DNA of 64,000 nt, taken from an uncultured Acidimicrobiia bacterium (GTDB lineage Bacteria; Actinomycetota; Acidimicrobiia; Spongiisociales; JAENVV01). The stretch covers positions 42,500-106,499 of the forward strand of contig CAVOQP010000009.1 in assembly GCA_963698385.1 (NCBI GenBank). Reading direction: 5' to 3'. Positions 10,007-19,794 of this stretch are shown here, piece after piece. The notes beneath the pieces were generated by a model. That model saw nothing but the letters and a program-made list of their open reading frames with translations. It had not been told where the DNA came from and did not search any database. Made by a program: the position numbers and the translations under genes. The number at the start of each line of letters is the position of its first letter. Position 1 is the first letter of the stretch.

Positions 10007-10887
10007 ACTCCTTTATCAAAGCGATCGGTGACCCGATCCTCGCCGTTCTCGTTTGGCTCTATGAGGCGGTCCCGAATCTCGGGTTCGGCATCATCGTCCT
10101 GACCATCATCATCAACACCCTGTTGTTTCCTTTAGTACTAAAACAGGCTCGAGCCACGAAGGCGTTCCAGAAGATCGGCCCGGAGATCAAGAAACTCCAG
10201 GAGAAGCACAAGGACGACCAGAAGACGCTCCAGATGGAGATGGTCAACCTCCAGCGGAGCGCTGGAGCGAGCCCCGGCGGGTGTCTCCTTCCGATGCTGG
10301 TGCAATTGCCGATCTGGTGGGCCCTTTTTCGCGTTCTCCGCGACCTGGGCAATCACACCGATCCCCTGTTCGAGGCGCCCGCCAACTCGGCGCTCGGCCA
10401 TGCGCTGAGTGATGGTGCGGCCCGATTCATGTTCATGGACCTGACACTCACGCCATCCGAGATCTACTCCTCCCTCGGCCTTGGAACCACCATTCTCCCC
10501 TACCTGCTGCTCATCGTCGTGATGGTCGGCCTGCAGTTCTTCCAGCAGAAGGTGCTGCAGCGCTACAACACGGCCGGGCAGCCGGACACCCCGCAGGCAC
10601 AGCAGATGCAGACCGTGACCAAGATCATGCCGGTGATGTTCGGCGTGTTCTCCTGGAACTTCGTGGCCGGACTCACCGTGTACTGGGCGGCCTCGAGCGT
10701 TGTTCGACTCGGACAGCAGATCATCATCAACCGTATGGACGATGGTGCTCAGACGAGCGCCGCGGTCGTACAGGATGCTCCGCGGGTTGACAAGGGAGGA
10801 TCGGCCGAGGGGGCCGTCGGGGCGAAGCTGCCCCCGAAGCAGCCCCAGGGTTCGGCCAAGAAGCGTAAGCGGCGAAGGAGGAATTAG
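10003..10887 (+). CDS. yidC: YidC/Oxa1 membrane protein insertase
   Basis: [28 protein letters not shown]; position after yidD. Confidence 0.93.
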   Translation: MNSFIKAIGDPILAVLVWLYEAVPNLGFGIIVLTIIINTLLFPLVLKQARATKAFQKIGPEIKKLQEKHKDDQKTLQMEMVNLQRSAGASPGGCLLPMLVQLPIWWALFRVLRDLGNHTDPLFEAPANSALGHALSDGAARFMFMDLTLTPSEIYSSLGLGTTILPYLLLIVVMVGLQFFQQKVLQRYNTAGQPDTPQAQQMQTVTKIMPVMFGVFSWNFVAGLTVYWAASSVVRLGQQIIINRMDDGAQTSAAVVQDAPRVDKGGSAEGAVGAKLPPKQPQGSAKKRKRRRRN

Positions 10888-10889
10888 GC

Positions 10890-11786
10890 GTGGAGTATGT
10901 TGAAGTAACCGGTCGATCGGTCGAGCTTGCCATCGAGGCAGCTCTCGTCGAGTTGGGTATCGAATCCCGCGACCAGGCGAATATCGAGGTCATCGAAGAG
11001 GGTGTGAAGGGTTTCCTCGGTATCGGGGGGAAGGACGCCGTCGTCAAAGTATCCCGCAAGCCGAAGCGCCGGCGTCGTCGCCGGCGCGGGGAAGGTGGCG
11101 GAGAGCGGTCGGACCAGTCGAACCAACGGCAGGGAGGACGTTCCCGCACCAGCGGTGGACGATCGGGAGGAAGTGGCGGAAGTCGTCAAGGCGGTGCACA
11201 ACCCAAGAAGGAGAGGGCTCCGATGGTGGACACGGACGAGACCGAATCCGAGGAGGACGTCGCAGAGCAGGCGAAGATGGTTGAGGATTTCCTCAAAGGA
11301 CTCATCGCGGCCTTGGGGCTCGAAGGTGAGGTCACCACTCGTGTCGAGGACGGGATCATCAAGGCCGACATCAAGGGCGACCAGACCGAGGTGCTGGTGG
11401 GCCCGAAGGGATCACTCATTCGGTCCGTCCAGGAGCTCGCACGCACGGTGGTCCAACGCAAGACCCCCCGCCCCCGTCGCGTGATCATCGACATCGCCGG
11501 ATACGGTGCCCGTCGGCGGGAGGCATTGGCGATCTACGCCCAGCGTCTGGCCGAGAGTGTCCTGGGAGAGGGTGGCGAGATCATGCTGGAGCCGATGAAC
11601 TCGGCCGATCGTAAGGTCGTGCACGACACCATTGCCGACATCGACAACGTCCGCTCCTACTCGGAGGGCGAAGAACCTCGCCGGTGCGTGGTGATCGCCA
11701 CAGTGGATGGCTACACACCCCCGACCCACGAGATGGATGACACCGACGATGACGATGACAACGATGACGGTGACGAAGAGGAGTAG
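10890..11786 (+). CDS. jag: Jag/KhpB/EloR RNA-binding protein (Jag_N, KH, R3H)
   Basis: VEVTGRSVELAIEAAL...EEGVKGFLGIGG, LEPMNSADRKVVHD, SYSEGEEPRR. Confidence 0.9.
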   Translation: MEYVEVTGRSVELAIEAALVELGIESRDQANIEVIEEGVKGFLGIGGKDAVVKVSRKPKRRRRRRRGEGGGERSDQSNQRQGGRSRTSGGRSGGSGGSRQGGAQPKKERAPMVDTDETESEEDVAEQAKMVEDFLKGLIAALGLEGEVTTRVEDGIIKADIKGDQTEVLVGPKGSLIRSVQELARTVVQRKTPRPRRVIIDIAGYGARRREALAIYAQRLAESVLGEGGEIMLEPMNSADRKVVHDTIADIDNVRSYSEGEEPRRCVVIATVDGYTPPTHEMDDTDDDDDNDDGDEEE

Positions 11787-11811
11787 GAACTCCTGACCCC
11801 GACGAGATCGC

Positions 11812-11848
11812 GAAGAAGCGGGCCGCCAAGGGCCCGCTTCTTCCTTTC
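11812..11848 (+). terminator. Intrinsic terminator-like hairpin after jag
   Basis: 13-bp perfect stem GAAGAAGCGGGCC / GGCCCGCTTCTTC followed by a pyrimidine tail. Confidence 0.7.
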
Positions 11849-11880
11849 CTCCCCAGACTCGGACCCCGGTGGGTGAATGA

Positions 11881-11896
11881 TGTTTCACGTGAAACA
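11881..11896. promoter_or_regulatory. parS site
   Basis: Perfect palindrome TGTTTCACGTGAAACA (Bacillus/actinobacterial parS consensus). Confidence 0.95.
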
Positions 11897-11983
11897 TTGC
11901 CGTGCTGCCCAGTGGTGCATCCACAGATCGAGCGGGTCGTCTCTCAGACACGCCATCATCAGCCAACGGGCGCGCCACTAGTG

Positions 11984-11999
11984 TGTTTCACGTGAAACA
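11984..11999. promoter_or_regulatory. parS site overlapping the rsmG start region
   Basis: Perfect TGTTTCACGTGAAACA. Confidence 0.95.
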
Positions 12000-12585
12000 G
12001 GTGCAGTTGGCGGAAGTCTTGGAGTGGGTCGCACATCCGAACCCGGACGGGCTATTCGAGCAGTTGGTTCGGTTTGAGGGTTGGCTGGCCACGGAAGGCA
12101 TGGCCAGTGGTGGGATCGGTCCGGGAGAGACTGAGATCTGGGAGCGACACATCCTCGACTCCCTGATGTTCGCTCGCGGAGTCCCGACGGGGACTTCGAC
12201 GGTCCTCGACCTCGGGAGCGGGGTGGGTCTGCCGGGAATCCCACTGGCGATGCTCCTCCCGCACGCGGTTGTGACCCTGGTAGACCGCTCGGCACGTCGC
12301 ATGGAGTCGGCCAGGCGGGTTGGGCGAGTGCTGCGCCTCGTGAACCTCGAGACGATCTGCTCGGATTTCGCGGACCTGGACGCAGTGGCGGACGCCGTCA
12401 CCATGCGGGCTTCGCTACCGAACAAGGAGGCGCTCGCCGTCCTGCTTGGCCATGTCGGGGCCGGTGGGAGCACGGTTCTCGGCGTGGGGATGGAGCGAGG
12501 TACGGACCTCCCCGGACTCCAGGAGCGGTTCCCCGGGTCGTTGGTGCTTGACCCCGGTCGGTGGCTCCATATCATGCGGGGATAA
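11992..12585 (+). CDS. rsmG: 16S rRNA m7G527 methyltransferase RsmG (GidB)
   Basis: IWERHILDSL, VLDLGSGVGLPGIPLA; upstream of parA. Start GTG 11992 or 11983, uncertain. Confidence 0.88.
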   Translation: MKQVQLAEVLEWVAHPNPDGLFEQLVRFEGWLATEGMASGGIGPGETEIWERHILDSLMFARGVPTGTSTVLDLGSGVGLPGIPLAMLLPHAVVTLVDRSARRMESARRVGRVLRLVNLETICSDFADLDAVADAVTMRASLPNKEALAVLLGHVGAGGSTVLGVGMERGTDLPGLQERFPGSLVLDPGRWLHIMRG

Positions 12586-13400
12586 TGTCAACAGTCTCCG
12601 CTATCTCCAACCAAAAGGGCGGGGTCGGCAAGTCCACCACCGCCATCAACCTGGCGGCGTCCCTTGCCCTGCGGGGTGAGCGAGCCCTCCTTGTCGACAT
12701 GGATCCCCAGGGAAATGCCACCTCTGGCCTCGGGATCAACCGTTCTGAGCTTGATGCCTCGATCTACGACGTGCTCTTGAAGGACGTCTCGATGGAGGAT
12801 GTCATCGAGCCCAGTTCGGTCGGCGGCTTGTTCGTGGTCCCGGCTGCCATCGACCTGGCTGCGGCGGAGATCGAGTTGGTGAGCGTCATGAGTCGCGAAA
12901 CCCGACTCAAGATCGAGTTGGAACCGGTCCTCGCGGACTATGACCATGTCCTCATCGATTGTCCTCCTTCACTCGGGTTGCTGACCATCAACGCTTTCGC
13001 GGCGGCCCAGGAAGTCTTGATTCCCATCCAATGCGAGTACTACGCCTTGGAGGGTGTGAGCCAACTCCTGCAGAACGTGAAACTCGTACAGTCATCACTG
13101 AACAAGTCACTCATCATCGGTGGCGTGGTGCTGACGATGTTCGACGGTCGGACCAACCTCTCCGCGGACGTCGCGGCGCAGGTGAGGGAGTTCTTCGGAG
13201 ATGTTACTTACAACACTGTAATTCCAAGGTCGGTGCGACTGTCAGAGGCTCCTTCCTACGGGGAACCGATCGAGGCCTTCGACCCGATGAGCCGGGGAGC
13301 GATCGCCTATCGCTACCTCGGTGAGGAGTTCTTGGAGCGGCATGGAGGCGCGAAGGGGCTCGGAGGAGACAAGAGGGACGGAGGAAAGAAGAAGAAATGA
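12585..13400 (+). CDS. parA: ParA/Soj ATPase
   Basis: NQKGGVGKSTTAIN, DMDPQGNAT, IDCPPSLGLLT, IPRSVRLSEAPS; ATG overlaps the rsmG TAA. Confidence 0.96.
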   Translation: MSTVSAISNQKGGVGKSTTAINLAASLALRGERALLVDMDPQGNATSGLGINRSELDASIYDVLLKDVSMEDVIEPSSVGGLFVVPAAIDLAAAEIELVSVMSRETRLKIELEPVLADYDHVLIDCPPSLGLLTINAFAAAQEVLIPIQCEYYALEGVSQLLQNVKLVQSSLNKSLIIGGVVLTMFDGRTNLSADVAAQVREFFGDVTYNTVIPRSVRLSEAPSYGEPIEAFDPMSRGAIAYRYLGEEFLERHGGAKGLGGDKRDGGKKKK

Positions 13401-14260
13401 CCCAGAAACGGCGTAGTGGCCTCGGACGGGGCCTGGAAGCACTCATCCCGGCAGCGGAGGGAGCCGAGGAACCGACGTTGCTCGACCTCCCGCTCGATGA
13501 CATCCACCCCAACCCCAGGCAGCCTCGGCGGACCTTTGATGACGCCGACCTCGAGACGCTTGCCGCTTCGATCCGTGACGTGGGCGTGCTGCAGCCCATC
13601 GTGGTTCGAGAGGCAGAGTCGGGTTATGAACTCATCGCCGGCGAGCGACGACTACGGGCGTCCCGGCTCGCGGGTCTGCATTCGATCGCGGCGGTGGTGC
13701 GCACGACCGACGGTGACATGGGACTGCTCAGTCAAGCCCTCATAGAGAACATCCAGCGTGAGGATCTGCGTCCATTGGAGGAAGCGGGCGCCTTCCAGGA
13801 GCTCGTCGAGACCTTCGGACTCACCCACGAGCAGGTGGGTGAGCGGGTGAGCAAGAGCAGGGCGACCATCTCGAACAGCCTGCGCCTCCTCACGCTTCCC
13901 CAGAGCGTCCAGGCACTCGTGGACCGCGGGGAGCTCTCGGCGGGCCATGCCCGAGCACTGGTCGGGATTGATGACCTCGGCTTCGTGGAACATGTGGCAT
14001 CGCGGGCAGCCAGCGAGGGATGGTCGGTGCGGCAAGTGGAGGATGCCGCCCGGCTGCGCAAGTCGAAGGACGGCCCGGCCACCCAGACGCGGGTGATCGA
14101 GCTACGACCCCCGGCGATCGTCGAGTTGGAGGAGCGCCTGGCCGAGAAGCTGGGGGCCAAGGTCAAGATCTCCCATCGGGGGACCAAGGGAAGGGTCGTC
14201 ATCACGTACAGCAGCCTCGACGACCTGGAGAAGATCTCCCGGCTCGTGTACGAAGTCTGA
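13397..14260 (+). CDS. parB: ParB/Spo0J
   Basis: GLGRGLEALI, PNPRQPR, LIAGERRLRA, LIENIQREDL. Confidence 0.96.
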   Translation: MTQKRRSGLGRGLEALIPAAEGAEEPTLLDLPLDDIHPNPRQPRRTFDDADLETLAASIRDVGVLQPIVVREAESGYELIAGERRLRASRLAGLHSIAAVVRTTDGDMGLLSQALIENIQREDLRPLEEAGAFQELVETFGLTHEQVGERVSKSRATISNSLRLLTLPQSVQALVDRGELSAGHARALVGIDDLGFVEHVASRAASEGWSVRQVEDAARLRKSKDGPATQTRVIELRPPAIVELEERLAEKLGAKVKISHRGTKGRVVITYSSLDDLEKISRLVYEV

Positions 14261-14306
14261 GGTCGGGTTCGTGCCCAGGCGCAGCCTGCGGGGGCGGCAC
14301 CGCGTC

Positions 14307-15293
14307 CTACAGGGAGTCGTCTGACCCCATCTCGGCTGTGGTCTCGCGGAAGAAGGCGACGACACCGGCGATCACCGCCTCTGCCAACTCCCCCCCGAGT
14401 GTTGGCGCGCTGATCACGATTGCGGGCGCCCGCGTCCCGCGCAGAATCGCCAGCGAGCGCCCGCCTTCCTCCAAACCAGTCGTCACTGTGACGAAATTAG
14501 CGAGGGCACGACCCGCCGGTGAATCGCTCCGCCCGGAGTCGAAGTAGAACACCCCGGGGCGATCAGCACGCGGGAGTTGGAAGCCGATGACCAGGTCGCT
14601 GCCAAGTCGGTTTGCCCGTCTGCTCCGCACGTCCTCGGCGGCGGGAACCGATGCTGATCTGCTCATGAAGGAGACCCCTCCGAGGTCGCGGAAGGCCGAA
14701 GCGGCATGGGACGCTGCCTGCCATGCCAGTGCAGTCTCGTCGGGGGCTCGACAAGCCGCATCGAAGCACGCCCTCGAGGAGACGAGTGTGGGCGGGAGGC
14801 TTCGGAGCCACTCACGTTCGCGGATGGCGTCCTTCCCGATCTTCCGGCTGCTCCGTTGGACCGCGACCAACTCGGCGATGACCCCTGGGCCTGCGATGCC
14901 ATCCTCACTGAGTCCGCGGTTCACCTGGAATTCGAGGACGGCCTTCGCTGTGAGCGGACCAAACACCCCATCCGCCTTGTCGGCGTCGAAACCGAGGTCG
15001 TTGAGGAAGCGCTGGAGTTCGGCCACGTCGCCACCTCGGAGCATGGGGCGCCGGTGATACAAGACGCGGTCCCCGAGGTGGAAGCCCGCTTCCACCAGGA
15101 TCTGCCAGACGGCGTTGTCCACATCACCATGCGGGTCGACTCCGTAGCGGGTCTGGAAGGCAGCGACGGCGCGGGCGGTCCCGGTCCCATACTCGCCGTG
15201 GGCATCGGGATGGGCAGGGAACCCGAGGGCTTCGAGGCGATCCTGGATGTCGCGAACCGCATCGCCGGAGTCCCCGATGGTGTATCGCCGCAT
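14307..15293 (-). CDS. CwlM-like protein: two peptidoglycan-binding domains plus a degenerate Amidase_3 domain
   Basis: GDSGDAVRDIQDRL and GGDVAELQRFLNDLGF...DGVFGPLT PG-binding repeats; RSRRANRLGSDL amidase-like segment; position between trxA and parB as for mycobacterial cwlM. Confidence 0.75.
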   Translation of the reverse strand: MRRYTIGDSGDAVRDIQDRLEALGFPAHPDAHGEYGTGTARAVAAFQTRYGVDPHGDVDNAVWQILVEAGFHLGDRVLYHRRPMLRGGDVAELQRFLNDLGFDADKADGVFGPLTAKAVLEFQVNRGLSEDGIAGPGVIAELVAVQRSSRKIGKDAIREREWLRSLPPTLVSSRACFDAACRAPDETALAWQAASHAASAFRDLGGVSFMSRSASVPAAEDVRSRRANRLGSDLVIGFQLPRADRPGVFYFDSGRSDSPAGRALANFVTVTTGLEEGGRSLAILRGTRAPAIVISAPTLGGELAEAVIAGVVAFFRETTAEMGSDDSL

Positions 15294-15391
15294 GACGCAA
15301 TGATGGTACGAGGTACGCAGTAGAGGATCCGTGGACGCGAGAAGGCCCCGACCGAGATCGGGGCCCACTCAGGTCTTGGTTGGTTGGAGCG

Positions 15392-15712
15392 CTATCCGAG
15401 GAACTCGCTGAGCGCAGTCACCATGGCAGCCTTCGGGCGGGAGCCGACAATCCGCTTCTTCTCCTCACCGTCCTGGAACACGATCATCGTTGGGATGCTC
15501 ATGACACCGAAAGCGGCAGGCGAGTTGGGGTTCTCATCGATGTTGAGTTTTGCGATGCTGATCTTGTCCGGGTACTCGGATCCGATCTCCTCGAGCACCG
15601 GGGCAATCGCCTTGCACGGGCCGCACCACTCGGCCCAGAAGTCTACGAGCACGGGTGTGCTGGAAGCGATGGTGGCCGTGAAATCGGCGTCGGTGATCTT
15701 GGTACTTGCCAT
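15392..15712 (-). CDS. trxA: Thioredoxin
   Basis: VDFWAEWCGPCK, VMSIPT. Confidence 0.96.
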   Translation of the reverse strand: MASTKITDADFTATIASSTPVLVDFWAEWCGPCKAIAPVLEEIGSEYPDKISIAKLNIDENPNSPAAFGVMSIPTMIVFQDGEEKKRIVGSRPKAAMVTALSEFLG

Positions 15713-15816
15713 GGGAGGGACCCTCGTGGTTGCGGACTCTGTGTGAAACCTGTGGGGACCGAGCTTATTCCACCGCGAGGCGAATCGGATCCTGGGCAAG
15801 GGAGGACCATCCTCGA

Positions 15817-16740
15817 TCAAGACCCGTGCGCCAGCCACCGTTCTGCGTCGATGGCGGCCTTGCACCCGCTCCCAGCGGCCGTGACGGCCTGCCGATAGAC
15901 CGTGTCGGCCACGTCGCCGGCGGCGTACACACCCTCGACAGAGGTCCTGGTCGAACCATCTCCCGCCAGCACGATGTACCCGGTGTCGTCGAGGGTGAGG
16001 ACCCCGGCGAAGAGATCCGTGTTGGGATGGTGTCCGATTGCCATGAACACACCATCGGTGTCGAAGGTCCGGGTGGCCCCGGTGACGGTGTCCTCGAGGG
16101 CGACGCCGGTCACGGTGTCCTCTCCCAGGATCTCGGTGACGGTGGCGTTCCAGATCACGTCGGTCTTCGGGTTGGCCAGCACTCGGTCGGCCATGATCCG
16201 GGAAGCCCGGAACGCATCGCGCCGGTGGACGACCGTCACCTTGGTGGCAAACCTCGTGAGGAACTCGGCCTCCTCCATGGCGGTGTCACCGCCACCGACC
16301 ACGACGACGTTCTTCTCGCGGAAGAAGAACCCGTCACAGGTGGCACAGGCACTGACGCCCCGGCCGAGGAGTTTCTCCTCGCCCGGTACGCCGAGGAACT
16401 TGGCGGACGCCCCGGTGGAGATGATGACGCTCTCGGCCTCATGGATGTCGCCGGCGGCCTCCACCTTGAACGGACGCGACGAGAAGTCCACCGCTGTCAC
16501 ATCGACAGTATGGAGTTGGGCGCCAAACCGCTCGGCTTGCTTGCGGAAATTGGCCATGAGGTCGGGGCCCATGATCCCGTCGGGGAAGCCGGGGTAGTTC
16601 TCGACGTCGGTGGTGATCATGAGTTGACCGCCGGCCTGCGCTCCCTCGAACACGACGGGAGCGAGGTTGGCGCGGGCGGCATAGAGCGCGGCGGTGAGTC
16701 CGGCGGGACCGGAACCGATGATGATGACCTTTTCAGGCAT
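15817..16740 (-). CDS. trxB: Thioredoxin-disulfide reductase
   Basis: [38 protein letters not shown]...QAVTAAG. Confidence 0.96.
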   Translation of the reverse strand: MPEKVIIIGSGPAGLTAALYAARANLAPVVFEGAQAGGQLMITTDVENYPGFPDGIMGPDLMANFRKQAERFGAQLHTVDVTAVDFSSRPFKVEAAGDIHEAESVIISTGASAKFLGVPGEEKLLGRGVSACATCDGFFFREKNVVVVGGGDTAMEEAEFLTRFATKVTVVHRRDAFRASRIMADRVLANPKTDVIWNATVTEILGEDTVTGVALEDTVTGATRTFDTDGVFMAIGHHPNTDLFAGVLTLDDTGYIVLAGDGSTRTSVEGVYAAGDVADTVYRQAVTAAGSGCKAAIDAERWLAHGS

Positions 16741-16754
16741 GGGAAACTCCTTGG

Positions 16755-17030
16755 TCAGGAGGCTGAATCTCGTTTCGACCATAGGAACGTCGCGCCCACC
16801 ACGAAGATTCCGCCGAGGATGCCGTAGGCCCCAGCTTCGGTCACCACCACGGCAAGGAGGCGGAAGAGTCCCTTCACGAGCACGACCACGGCGAACAGGG
16901 CGAGGGCAGTGGCCGTGATACCGATCGAGATGGCGGTGATCGTCGATCGTGCTCGGTCGACGGTCATGGAGCGCACCTTGCCCGCGTACTTCTCGAGTTG
17001 GGCGGCGATCGTGCTTGCGAACTGATCCAT
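16755..17030 (-). CDS. Small two-TM membrane protein of unknown function
   Basis: 91 aa with two hydrophobic segments; co-oriented between the anti-sigma gene and trxB. Confidence 0.65.
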   Translation of the reverse strand: MDQFASTIAAQLEKYAGKVRSMTVDRARSTITAISIGITATALALFAVVVLVKGLFRLLAVVVTEAGAYGILGGIFVVGATFLWSKRDSAS

Positions 17031-17066
17031 GGGCCCGAAGGCTATCAGAGGGCGTCGATCACCAAC

Positions 17067-17900
17067 TCAGCCCTCGCCGGCGGGGTCGTACAGATACACG
17101 ACCTCACACGTCGCTGGATCCACGACGACGATCGGACCACCCGGCTCGGTCATCTCGAGCACCAGGACGTCCCGGCCATCCCAGGTGGCGGTGGCAGCCA
17201 CGGTGTAGTCGACCAGCATCTCCTCCCCGACCTCGACACCGTCGCAGTTTCCCCCCAGGTCGACCAGCGGCGACGGAAGGTATCCCTTCTCGAGGACGAA
17301 CTGGTCGACGTTCTCGATGAAGCCAGGGATCCCTTCGGGACCGAAGGTCCCGAGGCTGGGAAGCATCGCGACGCGGCTCGCACCCTCCTCTTGCACAGCG
17401 GCCGGCTCGGCTGCGTCGCTCGCGGTGTCGTCGTAGGTGGGTGCCTCGGCGGGTAGAGGAGCCATCTCCGCTGACAACGCCGACTCCGTGGCGGCCGGGG
17501 CCTCGGTGGCGGCGGTCTTGGAGGCGCCGACGGCCATGTCGGATGTCTGGGCCGAGTCCGGGCGAGTGCTGGTGAGAAAGCCAATCCCCAGCACCACGAC
17601 CGCCAGGGCTGCCGCCACTGGGAGAAGGCGTGCGGCCCAGCGGGGAGCGGGCTTGGGCGTGACCGGTGCAACGGCGTCGAGGACCGAGCGCCGCATGCGG
17701 GCCGATTCGAACTCGGCCATCGGAGCGACCTCCCTTTCGGCGAGGTAGGTGATCGCCTCCAATTGGCGGGCGTACTCGGGGGCGAGGACGGGGTCTGCCC
17801 GGACTGCCACTTCGGCCCGCGCCAAGGCCTCACCGGAGAGACTTCCGTCGGTGAGGGCGATGAGCAGGTCGATCTGCTCCGGGGTGAGCTCCGGGATCAT
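17067..17900 (-). CDS. Membrane-anchored anti-sigma factor
   Basis: Overlaps the sigma stop; N-terminal anti-sigma-like domain, one TM (LLPVAAALAVVVLGIGFL), Ala/Pro-rich extracytoplasmic part. Confidence 0.72.
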   Translation of the reverse strand: MIPELTPEQIDLLIALTDGSLSGEALARAEVAVRADPVLAPEYARQLEAITYLAEREVAPMAEFESARMRRSVLDAVAPVTPKPAPRWAARLLPVAAALAVVVLGIGFLTSTRPDSAQTSDMAVGASKTAATEAPAATESALSAEMAPLPAEAPTYDDTASDAAEPAAVQEEGASRVAMLPSLGTFGPEGIPGFIENVDQFVLEKGYLPSPLVDLGGNCDGVEVGEEMLVDYTVAATATWDGRDVLVLEMTEPGGPIVVVDPATCEVVYLYDPAGEG

Positions 17901-18454
17901 GTGCCTATGGGACGTTCGTCGAGGGTCGGGTGGTTCCTGAGTATTTCTGCGAGGAGGCGCCTCCCGCGAAAGACACGCGACTTCACGGTGCCAATCGGGA
18001 CTTCGAGTATCTCGGCCACCTCCACGAGAGGGAGTCCCTCGAGGTCCGAGAGGACGACTGCGGCCCGGAACTCCTCCGGAATGGATGCCAGTGCCGCCGC
18101 CAGCTCGGGCCTGACGTCAGCGGCGTCGAATGGATCGTTCGCCGAAGGGTCAGCCGGGTCGTGATGCTCGGGGAGTGGCTCGGTTGCGTGGCGGCGCGCC
18201 CGGCGGAGGACGTCGTAGCACGTGTTCATGGTCACTCGGTACAGCCAGGTTGTGAAGGCCGAGCGCCCATCGAATCGGTCGAGCTTCCGGAAGAGGGTGA
18301 TGAAGGTCTCCTGGGTGGCGTCGAGCGCGAGTTCTCGATCGCGGATCGTGGCGAGACAAATCGAGAACACACGGTCCTGGTGAAGTCGGAGGAGGGCATC
18401 GAAAGCGGAGCGGTCACCGCCGCGGGCTGCTTCGATGAGCTCCAGGTCAGACAC
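17897..18454 (-). CDS. ECF sigma-70 factor (SigM-like by position)
   Basis: DATQETFI, FTTWLYRVTMNTCYD, EVAEILEVPIGTVKSRVFRGR; upstream of trxB like actinobacterial sigM. Confidence 0.9.
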   Translation of the reverse strand: MSDLELIEAARGGDRSAFDALLRLHQDRVFSICLATIRDRELALDATQETFITLFRKLDRFDGRSAFTTWLYRVTMNTCYDVLRRARRHATEPLPEHHDPADPSANDPFDAADVRPELAAALASIPEEFRAAVVLSDLEGLPLVEVAEILEVPIGTVKSRVFRGRRLLAEILRNHPTLDERPIGT

Positions 18455-18504
18455 AACACACAGCGTAGAGACACCGCCTCGAGCTTGAGCGTTGGCCAAC
18501 GGTC

Positions 18505-19794
18505 CTACCGGAACGAGATCTCGCCGATCGCAGCTCGGTAGCGATCTCCGTCGGCAGGGACCTGGGTGATCCAAATGAGCCAAAGTCCGCTGCTCCGGAC
18601 AGGTAGGTCGATGACGATCGTGGCGCCGGTGGAGCGAGCCGAGGAGACGAGTTCCCACTCGGCGGGGTTGCGCCGGAATTCACTTGTCCAACGGATCTCG
18701 AGCTCCGTCCCGGGAGAGACCGCCTCGATCCGGAGTTGGCGTGGAACCCCGGTCACGGCGACCTGGAGCCCGACGCCTGCCTTGATGAGGGGTAGGGGAT
18801 CGAAGTACGACTCGGTACGCCAGGCAGTGGCGGCGTCGCCGTCGGTCAGGTTGGGCAACTCGTCGTTCCGTTCTTCGCCATCGCCGAGGGGATCGAATGC
18901 GACGATCACCCCGAGGCGAAGTCCCGGCTCGACGATGGTGACGCTCGGGGTGAGGGTGGTCGTTGTGCTGCGTTCGGCCCCCGGGAGCGAGTCGGAGGAT
19001 TCTCCTGGGAGCGCCACGGGGCTCGGGCGGAGGCCACTCCCGATGCCGATGAGGATCGCCGCCAGGGCCAGGAGTCCGACCGAGACACTCAGCCATCTCT
19101 TGCTGGGTCCCTTCCTCGGTTCCGGGGCTTTCGTGACCGGGACCGAGGCCAGGAGCTCGGCAAAGCCGGCAGCATCGACCCGCCCCTCCCGAGCCGCAGC
19201 GAGGGCGTGATCGAGGGCCGGGGAGACGCCGTCGATCACTTGGGACGGTGGGAACGAACCCGCAGTTCGGCCGGTCAGGGATTCCTCGAGGACCGAAGCG
19301 AGCGCGGCGGTGTCCGAGTCGGCCTGGGACCACCGGCGATGGCGACCGATGGCGCCGAGCTTCGCGGGGCGGGCGATGGGGAAGAACACGGCCGTGGCGT
19401 CGATGGCGCCGTGGATGTCGTCGTTCTCGTGAAGGGCTGCGAGGGCCCTGGCGAGACCCTCGGCGTTGGGGAGGAAGACGGCCGGATCGAGCGTGAGGTC
19501 AGCCTTGGTTCGGTCGGAGAGGCGGATCCCGCCCGGCCACTCGCTCACCGAGAAGGCACCATCGGGGAGTTCGTCCGCCGAGAAGACCTGCGCGAGGTGG
19601 AGGTGGGGCACCGCGGCGGCTTTGCGGACGGCCGAGAGGAATTCCTGCCGTCGTTCCGGAGTGCTCTCGGGGCCGAGCACCCGTACGAGGCACGGCCGCT
19701 GGAGTTCGATGTCGTTGGCGAGCCACTCCTCGACATCCCCGTCGCGGCCTATCCGCACTTCGAGGGCGTATCGGCCGGGGAGACGGGGCGGCAT
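18505..19794 (-). CDS. Membrane pseudokinase (degenerate Ser/Thr kinase fold, TM, extracytoplasmic C-terminal domain)
   Basis: GRYALEVRIG kinase-like start; VAVK reads CLVR, HRDxKPxN reads HGAIDATAV, DFG reads AIG; TM WLSVSVGLLALAAILIGIG; C-terminal LTDGDAATAWRTESY. Confidence 0.7.
   Translation of the reverse strand: MPPRLPGRYALEVRIGRDGDVEEWLANDIELQRPCLVRVLGPESTPERRQEFLSAVRKAAAVPHLHLAQVFSADELPDGAFSVSEWPGGIRLSDRTKADLTLDPAVFLPNAEGLARALAALHENDDIHGAIDATAVFFPIARPAKLGAIGRHRRWSQADSDTAALASVLEESLTGRTAGSFPPSQVIDGVSPALDHALAAAREGRVDAAGFAELLASVPVTKAPEPRKGPSKRWLSVSVGLLALAAILIGIGSGLRPSPVALPGESSDSLPGAERSTTTTLTPSVTIVEPGLRLGVIVAFDPLGDGEERNDELPNLTDGDAATAWRTESYFDPLPLIKAGVGLQVAVTGVPRQLRIEAVSPGTELEIRWTSEFRRNPAEWELVSSARSTGATIVIDLPVRSSGLWLIWITQVPADGDRYRAAIGEISFR

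Noticed and set aside
13977-13992. Third parS inside parB
   Set aside because: Only a half-site (CGTGGAACA); the other half does not match.
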